A stretch of DNA of 46,924 nt, the filler included, from Jimgerdemannia flammicorona (taxonomy: Eukaryota), in the NCBI GenBank assembly GCA_003990765.1. It is 2 parts of 2 records of this genome, joined end to end, with 100 filler letters (N's around TTAATTAATTAA, not from the genome) between each part and the next. Parts side by side here need not be neighbours in the genome. Positions count along the whole stretch, not along the records: positions 1 to 23,413 come from RBNJ01001108.1; 1 more part is not named here. One strand, 5' to 3'. This document shows, one piece after another, positions 1 through 12,249 of this stretch. Numbering within the stretch: position 1 is the stretch's first letter; each line of letters starts with the position of its first letter. The position numbers and the translations under genes are program-made. The notes beneath the pieces were generated by a model. It made no database searches. It had not been told where the DNA came from and saw only the letters and a program-made list of their open reading frames with translations.

Positions 1-170
1 AGGTCGGTGCAGAGGAACATAGGGAGGTCGGTGCAGGGGAGGTCGGCATGGAGGAACATGGGGAGGTCAGTGTGGGGGAGGTCAGTATGGAGGAACATGG
101 GGAGGTTGGTGCGGAGGAACATGGGGAGGTCGGTGCAGAGGAACATGGGAAGGTCAGTGTGGAGGACGAA
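1..170 (+). repeat. Degenerate 24-bp tandem repeat (GAGGAACATGGGGAGGTCGGTGCG)
   Basis: About 5 full units plus partial 15-bp units, directly visible. Confidence 0.85.
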
Positions 171-344
171 ATGGAGGTTGGCATGGAGGAGGTCGGCCCA
201 GAAGAGGATATAGAGGAGGAGGATATAGAGAAAAGCGGTTTGGAATATATGGAGGAAGATGGTTTGGAATATGAGAAGGAGGAGGATCAGTTGGTTTATA
301 GCAATGAAGAGGAGGATCAGTTGGTTTATAGTGATGAAGAGTAA
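3..344 (+). CDS. C-terminal acidic low-complexity tail of an ORF entering from the left edge, possibly a DNA-transposon transposase tail
   Basis: The frame is open from the window start to TAA at 342-344. It has EEHGEV(G/S)A repeats and a duplicated EEDQLVYS. It lies just upstream of the subterminal repeats and TIR-like end at 877. The product is inferred from this context only. Confidence 0.4.
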   Translation, partial: VGAEEHREVGAGEVGMEEHGEVSVGEVSMEEHGEVGAEEHGEVGAEEHGKVSVEDEMEVGMEEVGPEEDIEEEDIEKSGLEYMEEDGLEYEKEEDQLVYSNEEEDQLVYSDEE

Positions 345-599
345 GATCTATTCACACTGGTAAGTTCTTTATTTTCCTGATTTACTTCCTATTTATTTCT
401 GATTTCATTTTGATTTCTGATTCCTAATTATGTTTCTGTTTGTTTATTCTAAATATATATATCTTAGATGTGCAATATATTTTTTTTGGTGCCTTGTAGC
501 TTAAAGGCAGATTAAAGACAGGTCTGTGTCGGGTTAAATATGGGTCAGGGTTGGGTCATGTATATTTCTCAGGTCAGGTCACGTATATTTCTCAGGTTG

Positions 600-838
600 G
601 GTTAAAGATGGGTTACGTATAATTCCAGGTCAGGTTAAAGACAGGTGATGTACGTTTCCAGGTCGGGTTAAAGATGGGTGATGTATAATTCCAGGTCGGG
701 TTAAAGATGGGTGATGTATTATTCCAGGTCAGGTTAAAGACAGGTGATATATTATTCTGGGTCGGGTTAAAGACAGGTGATGTATAATTCCAGATCAGGT
801 TAAAGACAGGTGACATATAATTCCGGGTCAGGTTAAAT
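600..838. repeat. 33-bp tandem array (GGTTAAAGACAGGTGATGTATAATTCCAGGTCA), about 7 copies; degenerate units extend back to about 500
   Basis: Head-to-tail units with no unique spacers. Confidence 0.92.
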
Positions 839-877
839 ATGTACACCGGTCGGCTCGGGTTGCGATGTACTACCCTG

Positions 878-3150
878 AGTCCTTCTATCATTCCACGTGG
901 GCATAGGGTTCCATTTGCCATGCTTACAATAAGGTTGGTAGACTTGATCGCCCTTCCCATTATTTTGGCCACGTGTTCTGGGATATAATTCTCCAAGGCG
1001 CTAGTGTCGAAGATGACCTCATACCTCCTGCTACCTACTTCTACCTCTCAATACAGGGCTGTGGTGGGTTTCGTGACAACAGCGGAGGCCATTACGGCTG
1101 CTCCTGCTGGTCCCTTGACAGGGTCTTGGATGGTGGGTTCCTGGATGACCAGTTCGACCATGGGTTCTTCTGCTGGTTCCACCGCGATGACACCGTACCA
1201 CAGCCCTTACCTGAACTCCTTCCAGACAATCAGGGAGATGGCTAGGAGTTGTCCATAGGTTATACCAGTGAGTGTATTGGTCAGAGATGCTGCAATTGAA
1301 TAAGGTTCCCCATTATTCATCATGTTGATCATCCCAAACTTCTTCTGAGCTTACTTTGCTTTCTTCTTTGGTGCCGGGAGGATGGGAATTTCCACCACTT
1401 GCTCACCGGCTGGCTCCTTGTTTCCTTTCTCTACATCTGCCATTACCTCATCTTCTGGTGCTGTTCCACTCTGAACGGCCCTGCTGGCTCTGCTGGCCCC
1501 ACCAGTTCCAGTTGCCACCTGTTTTCCCCATGTCCTTCTAGCTATCAGGTTAAAACGGACATCCTTTACAACCAGGTAGGCTTCTGTTGAACCTTCTGGC
1601 TGCTCGCTTATACCCACATGATTGGCAGAAGGGGTATGGCTGGTGGGTGCCGCTTGGACTGGTATACAATTGCTACCTGTCACTGGTCCCGATCCATCCT
1701 CTTGCTTGTGGTTCAGGTAATATCTTACCATATGGCTGACCTCTCCACAGTCATAGCACTTCCGAGGGCCACTTGAGGTGCATTTCTTGAACTGTTGTAA
1801 TTTGTCATCAATTTGCTGTATTTTATCATTCACTGCCAGACTAACAGCTTTTTTGATCAACTCCATTAGCTCGTCGCTGATTGTAGGCATAGGGGAGGCT
1901 GCTGGCTGAGCCATGTAGATGCTTGCTGCTATCACCGTCGTAGCCCAGAACTCCATCAAGTGAGCCACCAGAGGATTGGTTGGTGTACCGATGGCCGGCA
2001 AAGAGTCCAAGACAAACGGAGGGATCCTCGGGGTGTATACTGCTGGCCTGGACATTCTTATTTGTCCCGCATAGTCTTCCCATGCATTCTGAGCAGCAAG
2101 GAGTACTTCATCGAACCCCTTCTGATAATTCTGATGTATCTCACTATCGTAGACCTTTATGGCTCTTTGGTAGAATGTCTGCTCTCTCAGCTCCCTTATA
2201 TCAATACCATATAGATTGCAGTTCTTCTGCACATGGGCCCAGAAAGCAACGGGGCTCTCCCCCAGGCCAATCACAATGTTGCCAAGGCTGATGTTGAGTA
2301 CTGTGAGCCCTCGATTCTTGGTGAAGTGGCCAATAACATGGGCCTTAATTGCATCATACGTAGGTCTGGCAAAGACAATGAAGGGGTTTTCTGACGGAAC
2401 TATGGTATTGGCAACTGTCAGAGCTTTGTCACATAGGTGGGCTTTGAGCACGTCCACCTTTTTGTCATTGGCACAGATATGATGGTCGACCATATAGGTT
2501 TCTAGATCTTCAAAGAAAGTGATGACGTTTTCATGGTACATGCCGGTGTAGCATAGCGGAGCCTCCTGTGCTGGTGATATCTTGATGTAGTTGTGGGTTT
2601 CGCTTGAATGCTTGATTTTGAGAATTATTCCTCGACATCTCCACCAATGTGAAATTTGGCAATTTCCACCTGAAATCACTTGACTGTCAAAGGGGTGGTA
2701 ATTGGACTGGTTGTAGATCAAAAGGGTGTGTGGTAATCGTGATGCGTTTGCTAGGGAATTCACTAAGTAAAGTGTCGGAAGAACCTCTCAGAAGGCTTGA
2801 AAAACGACCGCTTGCACACCAAATCCTTAGATCTATGAATCCTCAGGATATGCACTTCTAGTTGCCAATTCTCAATAAATTCTGATTCTCTTACTGAACT
2901 AACTCTGTCCTTTATTGCATGCTTGAGCCTATGCTATTTATACATGGAAGCCCTCCTATTCTTGAAACTGCTAGAAATACTGAGTAATCTTTCTCCATAT
3001 GCTTCTATGAACCCCAAGAAGTGTCTGGAACACTCCACTGAGTAATTAGAGTGCTTTACCGATAGAAATGGAAATGGAACAGGACTTCTTCCATGTTGTT
3101 TCAGAATCCAGGATTCTTGCCTGATTTGGATGCATCCTATTTTTGGCCAC
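878..3150 (-). mobile_element. Ty3/Gypsy LTR retrotransposon fragment (gag plus start of protease)
   Basis: Gag-like ORF at 1351-2763 with a CYDCGEVSH zinc knuckle. Downstream is EVIFDTSALENYIPEHVAK, an aspartic-protease DTG/DSG-like motif at about 1010. A PBS-like TGGCAAC lies at about 2861-2867 on the minus strand. The upstream boundary is approximate. Confidence 0.8.
1351..2763 (-). CDS. gag: Retrotransposon Gag-like protein (470 aa) with a degenerate CCHC knuckle
   Basis: Capsid-like segment YTGMYHENVITFFEDLE...KVDVLKAHL and knuckle CYDCGEVSHMVRYY (last Cys changed to Tyr). The TAA at 1351 may be a mutated CAA. Confidence 0.75.
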   Translation of the reverse strand: MNSLANASRLPHTLLIYNQSNYHPFDSQVISGGNCQISHWWRCRGIILKIKHSSETHNYIKISPAQEAPLCYTGMYHENVITFFEDLETYMVDHHICANDKKVDVLKAHLCDKALTVANTIVPSENPFIVFARPTYDAIKAHVIGHFTKNRGLTVLNISLGNIVIGLGESPVAFWAHVQKNCNLYGIDIRELREQTFYQRAIKVYDSEIHQNYQKGFDEVLLAAQNAWEDYAGQIRMSRPAVYTPRIPPFVLDSLPAIGTPTNPLVAHLMEFWATTVIAASIYMAQPAASPMPTISDELMELIKKAVSLAVNDKIQQIDDKLQQFKKCTSSGPRKCYDCGEVSHMVRYYLNHKQEDGSGPVTGSNCIPVQAAPTSHTPSANHVGISEQPEGSTEAYLVVKDVRFNLIARRTWGKQVATGTGGASRASRAVQSGTAPEDEVMADVEKGNKEPAGEQVVEIPILPAPKKKAK

Positions 3151-3346
3151 GTGCCTCTACATTCTGCAACGCGTTAAGAAACAGTCATGACACAAAGCCA
3201 CAAATGCACTATGCATTATAACCTTTTGCCTCAGGCCCCGTCGTTCTTGAGCATACACATAACCCTTAGAATTCTTTGGAATGGCTCGCTTTCCGTTCAA
3301 CCATTTTAATCTTGCTCGTTCTTTTCTTCTCTGTCCAGACTTGACA

Positions 3347-4265
3347 ATGTCTGACTTCATTACCCTCAACTGCCTGGTCTATGGCGATAATTCAATTGAA
3401 CATGCCTTCACAGTCAATTCACCAAGATGAAAAACGTTGACGAACTCGAGGACGCCATCAAAGTGGAGAACCCATAGACATCCACGATAAGCCGAATGAC
3501 AAGTTAAAACTGCCGACTCAGGAGACGATATCAATAATCCACTCGATGGTGAGGATCTATTCATGCTTGATGAAATACAACAGCTCTACCCCGAACACTC
3601 GAAAAGACATATCACGTTGTCATCATGCCATCTATCACACGTGATGGGAAACAAGTTTCAAGAAGTGGAAATTAAAGGAGCGCCAGTTGCCTGTATGGTA
3701 TGTTATCTCTTTATGATTCACATGAAGCAAGGGGTGTCTTGATGACAGTATATTGTGCTCTTAAATTGTAATTATGTCCAAAGCACAAGCCATTCAAGTG
3801 GCCCGTGAATTCGAGGATAGCGAGCTTCAAGGCGATGTCTTTACAAAAGTCAAAAATGTGATGCAACTTCACTATGGATTCGGGGACAGGTATGTTAAGG
3901 GTTTATGTCGAACGTTCAAATAATCACTATGTTCGTGGAAACCCGTATGTGCATCTTTTCCGATTTTATATTACTGGAGAAGGAAGTGAATGCCTCTCCA
4001 ATGTCAATTCTAACGCATTTTTATTTTACTTTTTTTTTTTTTTATATTCATCGTAGAGTTTGCTTTATTGTACGGGTTGGAGGACAATAACAACCCTCCG
4101 CTACACATTTCAAATGCGGTAAGTTGTCCCCCCCCCCGTATTGTTCGCCTTCATTAAATATCTGGATGCTAAAATGTGGATTGCCTTTTACCATCGCCAC
4201 TATTGCAGGTTACATTGAATTGAAGAGCGAATTCCCTCGTGCAATCTCATGGCGAAACAACAGGT
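3347..4265 (+). pseudogene. Crinkler (CRN)-type effector pseudogene: ubiquitin-like N-terminal domain plus intron-containing downstream exons
   Basis: ATG at 3347 gives MSDFITLNCLVYGDNSIEHAFTV, then (frameshifts) KNVDELEDAIKVENP*..DKLKL and ..LYPEHSKRHI/HVVIMP, matching the CRN N-domain LxCLV..F.V..LKxAIK..HVLV pattern. A GTATGT donor follows at about 3698. The 3' end is approximate. Confidence 0.75.
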
Positions 4266-5840
4266 AACGTAATCGCCTGTACTGGGGAATACTGTTAGAT
4301 AAAGTCTGTTACTTTTACTAACTCTCGCATTATATTAAAACATCCCAAATGAAGAGAGTGAGGTATCGAAATCTGAATATGCACGTTCTTCTCTGGTGAT
4401 TGAAAATAATATACGGTTCATCCACAAAGGAATATCTCGGGTAAGAATGGACATTGACCTGCTTGATTCTGCAATATGGATAGTCGTGGGTGTGACAGGA
4501 AACTGCTGGTTGAGGAATTGCTTTCTTATTCTTTTTTATATGATAAACATTTGCAACTCACCCTCGATCATCCTCCCCTCTCCCTCCTTCGATAGATGAA
4601 TTTCTTGAAGGCAACATAGTGTAATAATCTCAGAAAACGCAAGTATCAAAGTACATTCATCAATCACAGGGGGGTGATTGTATATCTCGCACTTGTAATA
4701 TTCTCGATATTAATGCACCATTGCTTACAGGTATGACAATCCTTCGCCATCATTGTTGTGACATCATATTCTAAACCCATGTCCTGTCTGTGTGTCTTTC
4801 ACGCCTACCATTTTTTTCTGACTGCCCGTTTTCTTGGTGTTTCACTTCTCTCTGGTTGCATGCGTTTGTATTGTTAACATTTTTATGTTCTTCCATGTTT
4901 TGGTCATAGGCTGATTTAGCACTAGACGTTCGCTGCACAGGGGTTGAAATATACAAAGTGAGTGCTAATGAATATATACATCTAGTATTTTTAATTTGCG
5001 AGCCCTCGTTCTTTTCCACGATGTTGATGGAAAGATATCCAGCACATACTGCCACGTAAATTGAATATTTGGAACAGGCCTTCCATCTGATAACTATCGC
5101 AACTTGACTAACTCTGTTTTTCTATCAATAGCATATTTGTCTACTAGCAGCAAGAAGGGTCAAAGAACAAACCTTCACAAATATACAACATGCTAAGCAA
5201 GGAGTTGTAACTTCTCGGTTCCGAATTTTTTAATGATGATATGGCTTATATTTTGAAAATCATTGAGGATAATTGCCTTGTCATGAGTATCCACATATCG
5301 ACATCCCATCCCCCAAACTGATGCCCTCCTCCAGCTCATACGCTTCAATCAATCTCGCTTCACGCGTCTCTACGTCCTCACTTGCCTTCTGGAAGCCATG
5401 CAACTGGGTCTCGTTATATCTAAATTCACCTCGATCTTGGTTGGATATCCCGAGGCCCGTAGTACTCCTCCACATCTGCAGACTTTCCGAGTCGTCCGTC
5501 CGTGCGGCACCGGCCTCTCCAAAATAATACAAGTGACGAAATGGAAAACATAATCGAATCGTCACCTGCTGCCCAGGCCATTATATGCACTGTCCTCGAG
5601 GCCCTTTATCCTGGTCTCGCACTCCACCACCGACGCTGAGGTTTATCGCCCCAACCGCGCCACCTTCCGCTTGTCTGATGGCCAAAGCCCATTTTGGTAC
5701 CGGAGAACTGGCTCACATGACTCAAGTATGAGAACGTGTTCTTTATGGCCTTTCAAGTTTTTCAGTGCTATTTTGGAATTGATGTGGTAAGTTGGGGTTT
5801 GCACGTGTCATTTGCGATTTGTTTTCTTCCGTCTCCACAG

Positions 5841-6480
5841 ATCATCCACCAGAGTCTGATCTAGTTTATCAAGCATGTTGTCATCACCTTCCTTTGTGCC
5901 ATCTTTGCAGTCATGCAGATCATGGAGATGAAATGGTACGGATCGTAGATAGTTGACAGTTTTAAAGCATATGAGGACTGAATATACATGATCCCTTCGA
6001 CTGGACTCCCCATTAACTCGACAACTTGCCCCTCTAGGTGGAACATCATCAGCGGCATCGGCCAGACCTATGGCATCCCAGTCGTCGTCCTTATGGGGTT
6101 CGATATCACATGCCAGTACGAGATTGGCCTTGTCATATTCACAGTCGCATTTGGAGGGAGGAAGGTTTCTTAAGTTGGTATAGTTAAAGTAGTGATGGGT
6201 GTTTTGTGGATTTAATGTTGACTTTAACCTCCGTTTCTGTTTCGATCTGGATTTGCAGTTCGGCTGAAATGTCTACAAGTGGATTGGTGCTGACGTTGAG
6301 ATGCAAAGTATGTACATGATCTCCCTCTTCCTATCATCATGCCTATCTAAAAAACTCATTTCCTCCATTGTTCCAGATGCCTTTCACATCTACCAGATTT
6401 TTGTATTTCTGCTCAAGCTAGATGCCTTCTTCGAGCTTGTCTTCATCGTCTTCTGGTTGGCTGTCATGGCTGAGACAGTT
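5841..6480 (+). pseudogene. UPF0658-family (Golgi) multi-pass membrane protein pseudogene or fragment
   Basis: Spliced reading QYEIGLVIF ... FG*NVYKWIGADVEMQ (intron 6308-6376, GTATGT..CAG) NAFHIYQIFVFLLKLDAFFELVF matches the fungal FGWxxYKxIGAD/YQIFxxLLKxDxFF signature as I recall it. It carries a TGG>TGA stop. Confidence 0.7.
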
Positions 6481-7726
6481 ATACGACCTCACAGGGCCCA
6501 GTCCTTGTCGCCATGTTCATAATTCATGCTGTGCTACATGCACTCAATTTTCCAGTGCTGTTTCTGGTGAGGAGGATGGTGGGTGTTGCGGTTGTAATTT
6601 GCTTTGTGTGTTGGGAGTGTCGTGGTGTTTTAGGTTCTCACGTTCCGATTTCGCTTGGATACATTTAGGTCGAGACAGAATCTGTGCCGCTCATCACCCT
6701 CTTCCTGTTCTTCCTCTCCGTTTTTATTGTCGACTTCTAGTCCAATACCCAGTGGGAGTTTTGAACTTTTGTAGGTACGGCACGTGGAGTGGGAGAGGGA
6801 AGGAGGGACGAAAGGAAGGTTCAAGCTGAGACTACCGCGGTTGAAGGAGAGGTTGTTAGACTTGAAGGGGAAGATTGAAGAGATGGCAAGGACTATCGGC
6901 AAGATGCAGGCGTTGTTGGGGCCTGTGAGGAAGACCTTGTTGAAGCCGAGCTTCATAGAGAAGGTGCAGAGCGGGTTCGAGGGGTATATGACACATTTGG
7001 CATGAGTTACAGTTTATTATTCATTTTATCCATGCATTCGATGTTGGATTGCGAACTTACCCTTCTCCATTCCAGCGCAAAATTATCGACACTCTCATCA
7101 TGGAACCATGCCCTCAAAGATTGTGTCGAGATTAATTAATAAATTCGATCGCATTTTTCTCTGTGAAATACTTGATGATATACTGCTTGATGAAATGGTC
7201 GAGCGACCAGGTGATCTTACGAATAGCTCCTCGGAGTAAATTTCTTAAGTGTGAAATGAGGAAGGCATTCCTGTTATAATTACAACACTACTCCAATTGG
7301 GTAGTGACGACATGACAATTAGGTGACAACATGACAATTACGTCGGTTCAAAACAAACTCATGATAGTATCAGGCCCACAATTTGTTCAGTTTGTGGAAG
7401 GAACATGGCAGGTGGACCTCTATTAGAAAGATTACATGCTGGTATGACACAAAGTTACGTAGTTGAATACGATCACCTTACCGACTCGAACCAACTGGGC
7501 CGCAAACCAACGGCTTCTACAACTCTATACAGATAAGTATGGTGAATCTTGTATAATCTTCGAAATCCGAAAAACCTACTAACTTTACTTTTGACCGCCG
7601 GTTTTGGTTGCTTTTAAGCCAACTGATGAGCCCCTTGAGCAAGGAATTTTCGGATGCATCAAACAAACGTGATCTTGCTGGTGATGGTTATATTTGAACA
7701 CTAGTCACTTAAAAAAATTCCATGGT

Positions 7727-9406
7727 GTCCAGTGAGTACTTGACACTGAGGCCAGATCTCAGTGCAATTCTAGCATAATGTTCCTTGGAGATTTCAACTG
7801 CAAGGCTAGTTGGAATGAGCCTTCTTTCATGAGCAGGAATAGTGACTTGTTGTATAGCTTGAAGGTCTAAACCAATGGCTCCTTCTGACTGTAGCTAAGG
7901 AATCTGAGCCTTGAGGTTGACTTGTATGAAATTGAGTACAACTTCTTATTCAACTGGTTGACCTTGGGTATCTTTGAACAGGACTAGAATCCTCTTGGAC
8001 TCAGTAGTCTTTTTGGAATATTTAGTAGCAATGTGGCCAGGCTGATAGCAAAAGAAGTAGGCTTCAGCCTTCTTGAGATACTCCTTTTCCTCAGGTATAA
8101 GTTTGCTCTTCTTGTTCTTATTGATAGTATTCAAGTTCATGAGGGCAGATTCAATAGTTCTGACTTTGGGTTTCTCTCTTCTATAGTTATTGTTGAATGG
8201 CAGTCTCTTCTATTCAAAGTAGTAATTATAGGTAATAATATCAAACCTATTAGCAATTTTCATTATCATGTCTAGATCCTTGGATTCTTCAAGTTTGATA
8301 TGAACTCATATTTGTCCTTTCAGACCTCAGATATACTTATTGATCTTATTATCTTCAGTAACATAGTAGCTCTAGTAAAATAGATATTATATACTTATAC
8401 AGACTTAAGTTGTTTGATATTTACTAGATAGTCTTATATAGTCTTGATACTATTGATTGATTTGAATTGGCCTTGAATAGTATCTGAGAATTCACTTCAA
8501 GTCTTGATTTAGCTAGAGAATCTAGTATTCTAGATATGATTTCATCATTAGATTATAGTATTTTCTCAAAAGAGTATAGTAGTAAATTGGACTAATGTTG
8601 CTTCTTTCAAATTAGTCAGTTCACTATACTACTTCAATTGAAAAAGTCAAGTATTGATAGATATGTAGTCCTCCTCTTTAGCCATCAAAGGTATCAGGCC
8701 TCTGAGGCTTGATGGTAACTACTGTTAGAGATATTGGTATTAGTATAGATATAGACTGAGTAGGGTCCTTATTGTTCAATTTGTCTAAGTAGTCTTAAAG
8801 TTGGAAAATCTGAGTTAATATAATCTGCAAAAAACTTTCAATAGACCTAATTGACTGATTGGAGATCAGCTATTTATTCTCTTCTTCTTGCTAATTATAG
8901 AAGATATTCTATAAGATACAGATATTATAGAAGTTTCTATCTTAGCCACTGATATCTATAGTATTGTAACTGATACTTGAGAGGTTTTTTATTTAGATAA
9001 AGTATAACTTAACCACTGCTATTAAGAATAATGATTCTGGTTTCTAAATAAGAAAGTAACTTATTCTAGAAGTTTCTAAATAGCTTAATAATTACTTGAA
9101 GTTCTGAAAGATCTTATAAGTTCTGAGAGAAAATATTTTAAGCTTTATTCATTAGAACAAAGAGAATATTTATATAAGATCTGAAGAAGAATCTAAGAAA
9201 TCAAAGGAAATACCAAGAGGAAAGTTCTCAGCAAAGATGATAAATAAAGTTCTATAGATTTCCATAAAGTTTCATAACTAGCTAAAAATATTCTAACTAA
9301 AGCTTAGTGCTAAAAAAGAATTCCTAAGCATTCAGAAAGTACTAGAAGATTATAGAATATTTAAGAAAGATAAAGAAAAAGAAGTAAATTACACTGAAAT
9401 ATTATA
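7727..9406 (-). mobile_element. Truncated copy B of the dUTPase-bearing Gypsy element (5' LTR, gag, knuckle, N-half of dUTPase)
   Basis: The reverse complement aligns with 10540-12468. LTR at about 9027-9406, RPDTFDG gag motif at about 8680-8700, YFFCYQPGHIATKYS knuckle, then GAIGLDL and RIALRSGL dUTPase motifs. Confidence 0.9.
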
Positions 9407-10539
9407 TTAATACTATAAAGATCAGAGTTGGAAATACTATATTAAAGGAGTAAAGTAGGCCATAATCAAAACTTACTATAAAAGCTATATATCTCTATAA
9501 ATTTCTGGCCAAAGTTTAGATAAATATATTGAAGAATTTCTCTATCATATATACTATATAGCAGAAAGAGAAAAAGAGAGTAATTAGTAGAGAAAAATCT
9601 ACTATTAATAAATATAGAACTATCATTAATAGATAAACTCAGTATTTATCTAATTAGTAATTAAGTAGTTCTACTAGAGAGTATAGAGATATTCAACTAG
9701 TAGAAGATGGATTATTATTTTCCAAAGAGGTGACCAGTAGACTAGACTGATAGTCAATTTTAATTAATTTAATTTTTGAGATATATATATATATATAGAT
9801 AAACAGATATATCAAATGGATTTTTCTAATCTATATAATATAGTATGAGATAGTACTTATAAATAAATCAAATGAAATCAAGTTGAATTGAATGGGAGAT
9901 CTAAAAAGTCAAATTAAATTAGAATTTTTTCAAGTTAAATAGAAGTTGAATCAAATGAAAGTCAAATCAAATAGAGCTTTAATTTGATTAGGGTTGAATT
10001 GAATAGAGCCTTGATTCAATTAGAGTTGAATTGAATAGAGCCTTAATTTGATTAGGGTTGAATCAAATGGAGGCTTTATTTAAATGATGATATTATAAAA
10101 ATTTTATTGATTATAATATAGACTAGGCTATCAATGATACAGACTATTAATAATTTCTCTTATATCTAGCTACTGCTGTCTGATAAGTATTATTATATAT
10201 TCTTTTTTAGAGAGATAGATTCAGAGTCAAGATATCATATTATATTTCTTTCTATATTACCTACAATTGTAGTAACTGATATATAAATGAACTCTTTTTG
10301 GAATCAGAACCTTCTCATCACTTGAAATTATAATATCTAGGTATTATTATCAGAAATTTCAAATATATCATCAATCTCCACTTCAATATCTGAATCCGAA
10401 ATCTCAATGATAGTAGCATTAGTGAGTATATCATCCTCTACTTCAATGTCTGAGTCTAAAATATCAATATAGCAGTATTGGAAATAACAGTATTGAGAAC
10501 TATAGCAGTGACAGCTATAGCAGTAACAGTATTTGGGAT

Positions 10540-10941
10540 TATAATATTTTAGCATAGTTTATTTCTTTTCTTTGTCTTTTCTGATCATTCTATAACCTTC
10601 CAGTACTTTTTGAATACTTAGAAATCCTTTCTTGATACTGAGCATTAACTAGTACTCATTTAGCTAGTTATGGAACTTCCTGGAAACTTGTAGAACTTTA
10701 TTTATCATTATTAGTCATCTTTGCTAAGAACTTTTCTCTTGGCATTTTCTCTTAATTTCTCAGATCCTTCCAGATCCTTCTTTCAGATCTTATATAAATA
10801 TCCCTTTTGTTTTTATAAATAAAGCTTCAGAATATTTTCTCTCAGAAATCACAAAAATTACTAGAACTCTGGGTATCTCTTCGAGCTACTTAGAACTTTC
10901 AGAACTAGTCACTTCCTCAAATAGAAACTAGAACTATTACA
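10540..10941 (+). repeat. 5' LTR of Gypsy copy A
   Basis: TATAATATTTTAGC...ATTACA (initial TG mutated to TA). About 90% identical by eye to 16357-16766. Confidence 0.95.
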
Positions 10942-10943
10942 CT

Positions 10944-10953
10944 TGGTAGCAGT
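10944..10953 (+). promoter_or_regulatory. Primer-binding site TGGTAGCAGT (tRNA-iMet-like)
   Basis: TGG starts 2 nt after the LTR end. TGGTAGC is complementary to the ...GCTACCA 3' end of initiator Met tRNAs. The tRNA assignment is inferred. Confidence 0.65.
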
Positions 10954-11265
10954 AGAGAAGTTACACTTAGCCTTATCAAGACACCTCTTAAGATACTAGT
11001 CACAATACTATAAATGATAATGAATGGAATCCATTATATAATACCTATAGTCCAGGCAATACCTCTTACAATTAGCAAGAAGAAGAGAAATAGCAAATCC
11101 CTACTCAGTCAAATGGGTCTATCGAGAGTCTTTTATAGACTGCAATAGCTCAGATTGCCCAACTTTAAGAATACATAGAGAGAAAGAAAAGCAAGGCCCC
11201 TGTGCACACCTCTATACCTTTACTGATATCAATACATCTGACAGTAGTTATCATCAAGTCTCAGA

Positions 11266-11477
11266 TAGTGCTCCCAAATGAATCAAATCAATTTGAATCA
11301 AATTGAATTGAGGGTCATTCAAATCAAATCGAATTGGGGATTTTTCAATTTGAATTGAGTTTGAATCAAATCGAATTTGAATCAAATTAAGAATCAAATT
11401 GGACCTCAATTCAAATTGATTCAAATTGAATCAAATTTGGGTCCAATTCAATTCAATTTTATTTGTTGGAAGCACTA
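11266..11477. mobile_element. hAT-type MITE (212 bp) inserted in gag
   Basis: TIRs TAGTGCTCCCAA and TTGGAAGCACTA, with a perfect 8-bp TSD GTCTCAGA (11258-11265, 11478-11485). The empty site is present in copy B at about 8700. Confidence 0.95.
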
Positions 11478-12249
11478 GTCTCAGAAGCCTGATACCTTTG
11501 ATGGCCAAAGAAGTGGACTGTCTACTGATGCTTGGCTTTTCCAATTAGAGTAATATAGTGAACTGACCAATTTGGAAGCAATACTAGTCTAATTTGCTGC
11601 CACACTTCTCTAAGAGAATACTGCAATCTGGTAGTGAAATCATATTCAAAACACAAGATTCTCTGACTGAATCAAGACCTGGGGTAAATTCTCTGATACT
11701 GTACAAGATCAATTCAAATCAGTCAACAGCACCAAGGCTGTGTGAGACTACCTGGCAAATGTCAAACAACTCAAGTCTGTGCAAGCATACAATATACAAT
11801 TTCTGTCAATCTTACTAGAGCTACTATATATCACTGAAGATGAGAAGGTTGATAAGTATATCTGAGGCCTGAAAGGTCAAACCCAAGTTCATGTTGAACT
11901 AGAAGAACCCAAAGATCTAAATACAGCAATAAAGATTGCTAATAGGTTTGATGTCATCACCTATAGTCATTGCTTCAAACAGAAGAGACCACCTTTCAAC
12001 AACAATAACCACAGAAGAGAGGAACCCAAAGTCAGAACTATTGGACCTGTCCCCATGGACCTAGACACTATTGACAAGAACAAGAAAGGCAAGCTTACAC
12101 CTGAGGAAAAGAAGTATCTCAAGAAGACTGGAGCCTACTTCTTTTGTCATCAGCTTGGCTACATTGCAATTAAATATCCCAAGAAAACTGCCAAACCCCA
12201 GAGGATTCTGGTCCTGTCCAAAGACACTCAAGGTCAGTCAGTTAAATAA

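Larger units (their letters stand above)
1..877 (+). mobile_element. Right end of a probable hAT-like DNA transposon inserted into a Gypsy protease
   Basis: Ends in GTACTACCCTG (reverse complement CAGGGTAGTAC, an hAT-like CAGGG terminus) after subterminal GGGTT/CGGGT repeats. The retrotransposon protease frame breaks off at this point. The left TIR and TSD are outside the window. Confidence 0.5.

Noticed and set aside
600..838. 33-bp (and 35-bp at 20766-20888) periodic arrays as CRISPR
   Set aside because: The units are head-to-tail with no unique spacers, there are no cas genes, and the context is eukaryotic transposon DNA.
613..996. 127-aa ORF with SPVFNLTWNYT repeats
   Set aside because: It is a chimera of the Gypsy protease start read through into the 33-bp array of the inserted element.
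963..3153. TTTTGGCCACGTG at 963-975 and 3141-3153 as a TSD
   Set aside because: The left copy lies inside the continuous protease frame (HVAKI), and 13 bp does not fit an LTR-element TSD. It is probably coincidence or a recombination microhomology.
5281..5565. 94-aa ORF with GISLG, resembling an alpha/beta-hydrolase nucleophile elbow
   Set aside because: A single short motif with no supporting context. I cannot assign a family.
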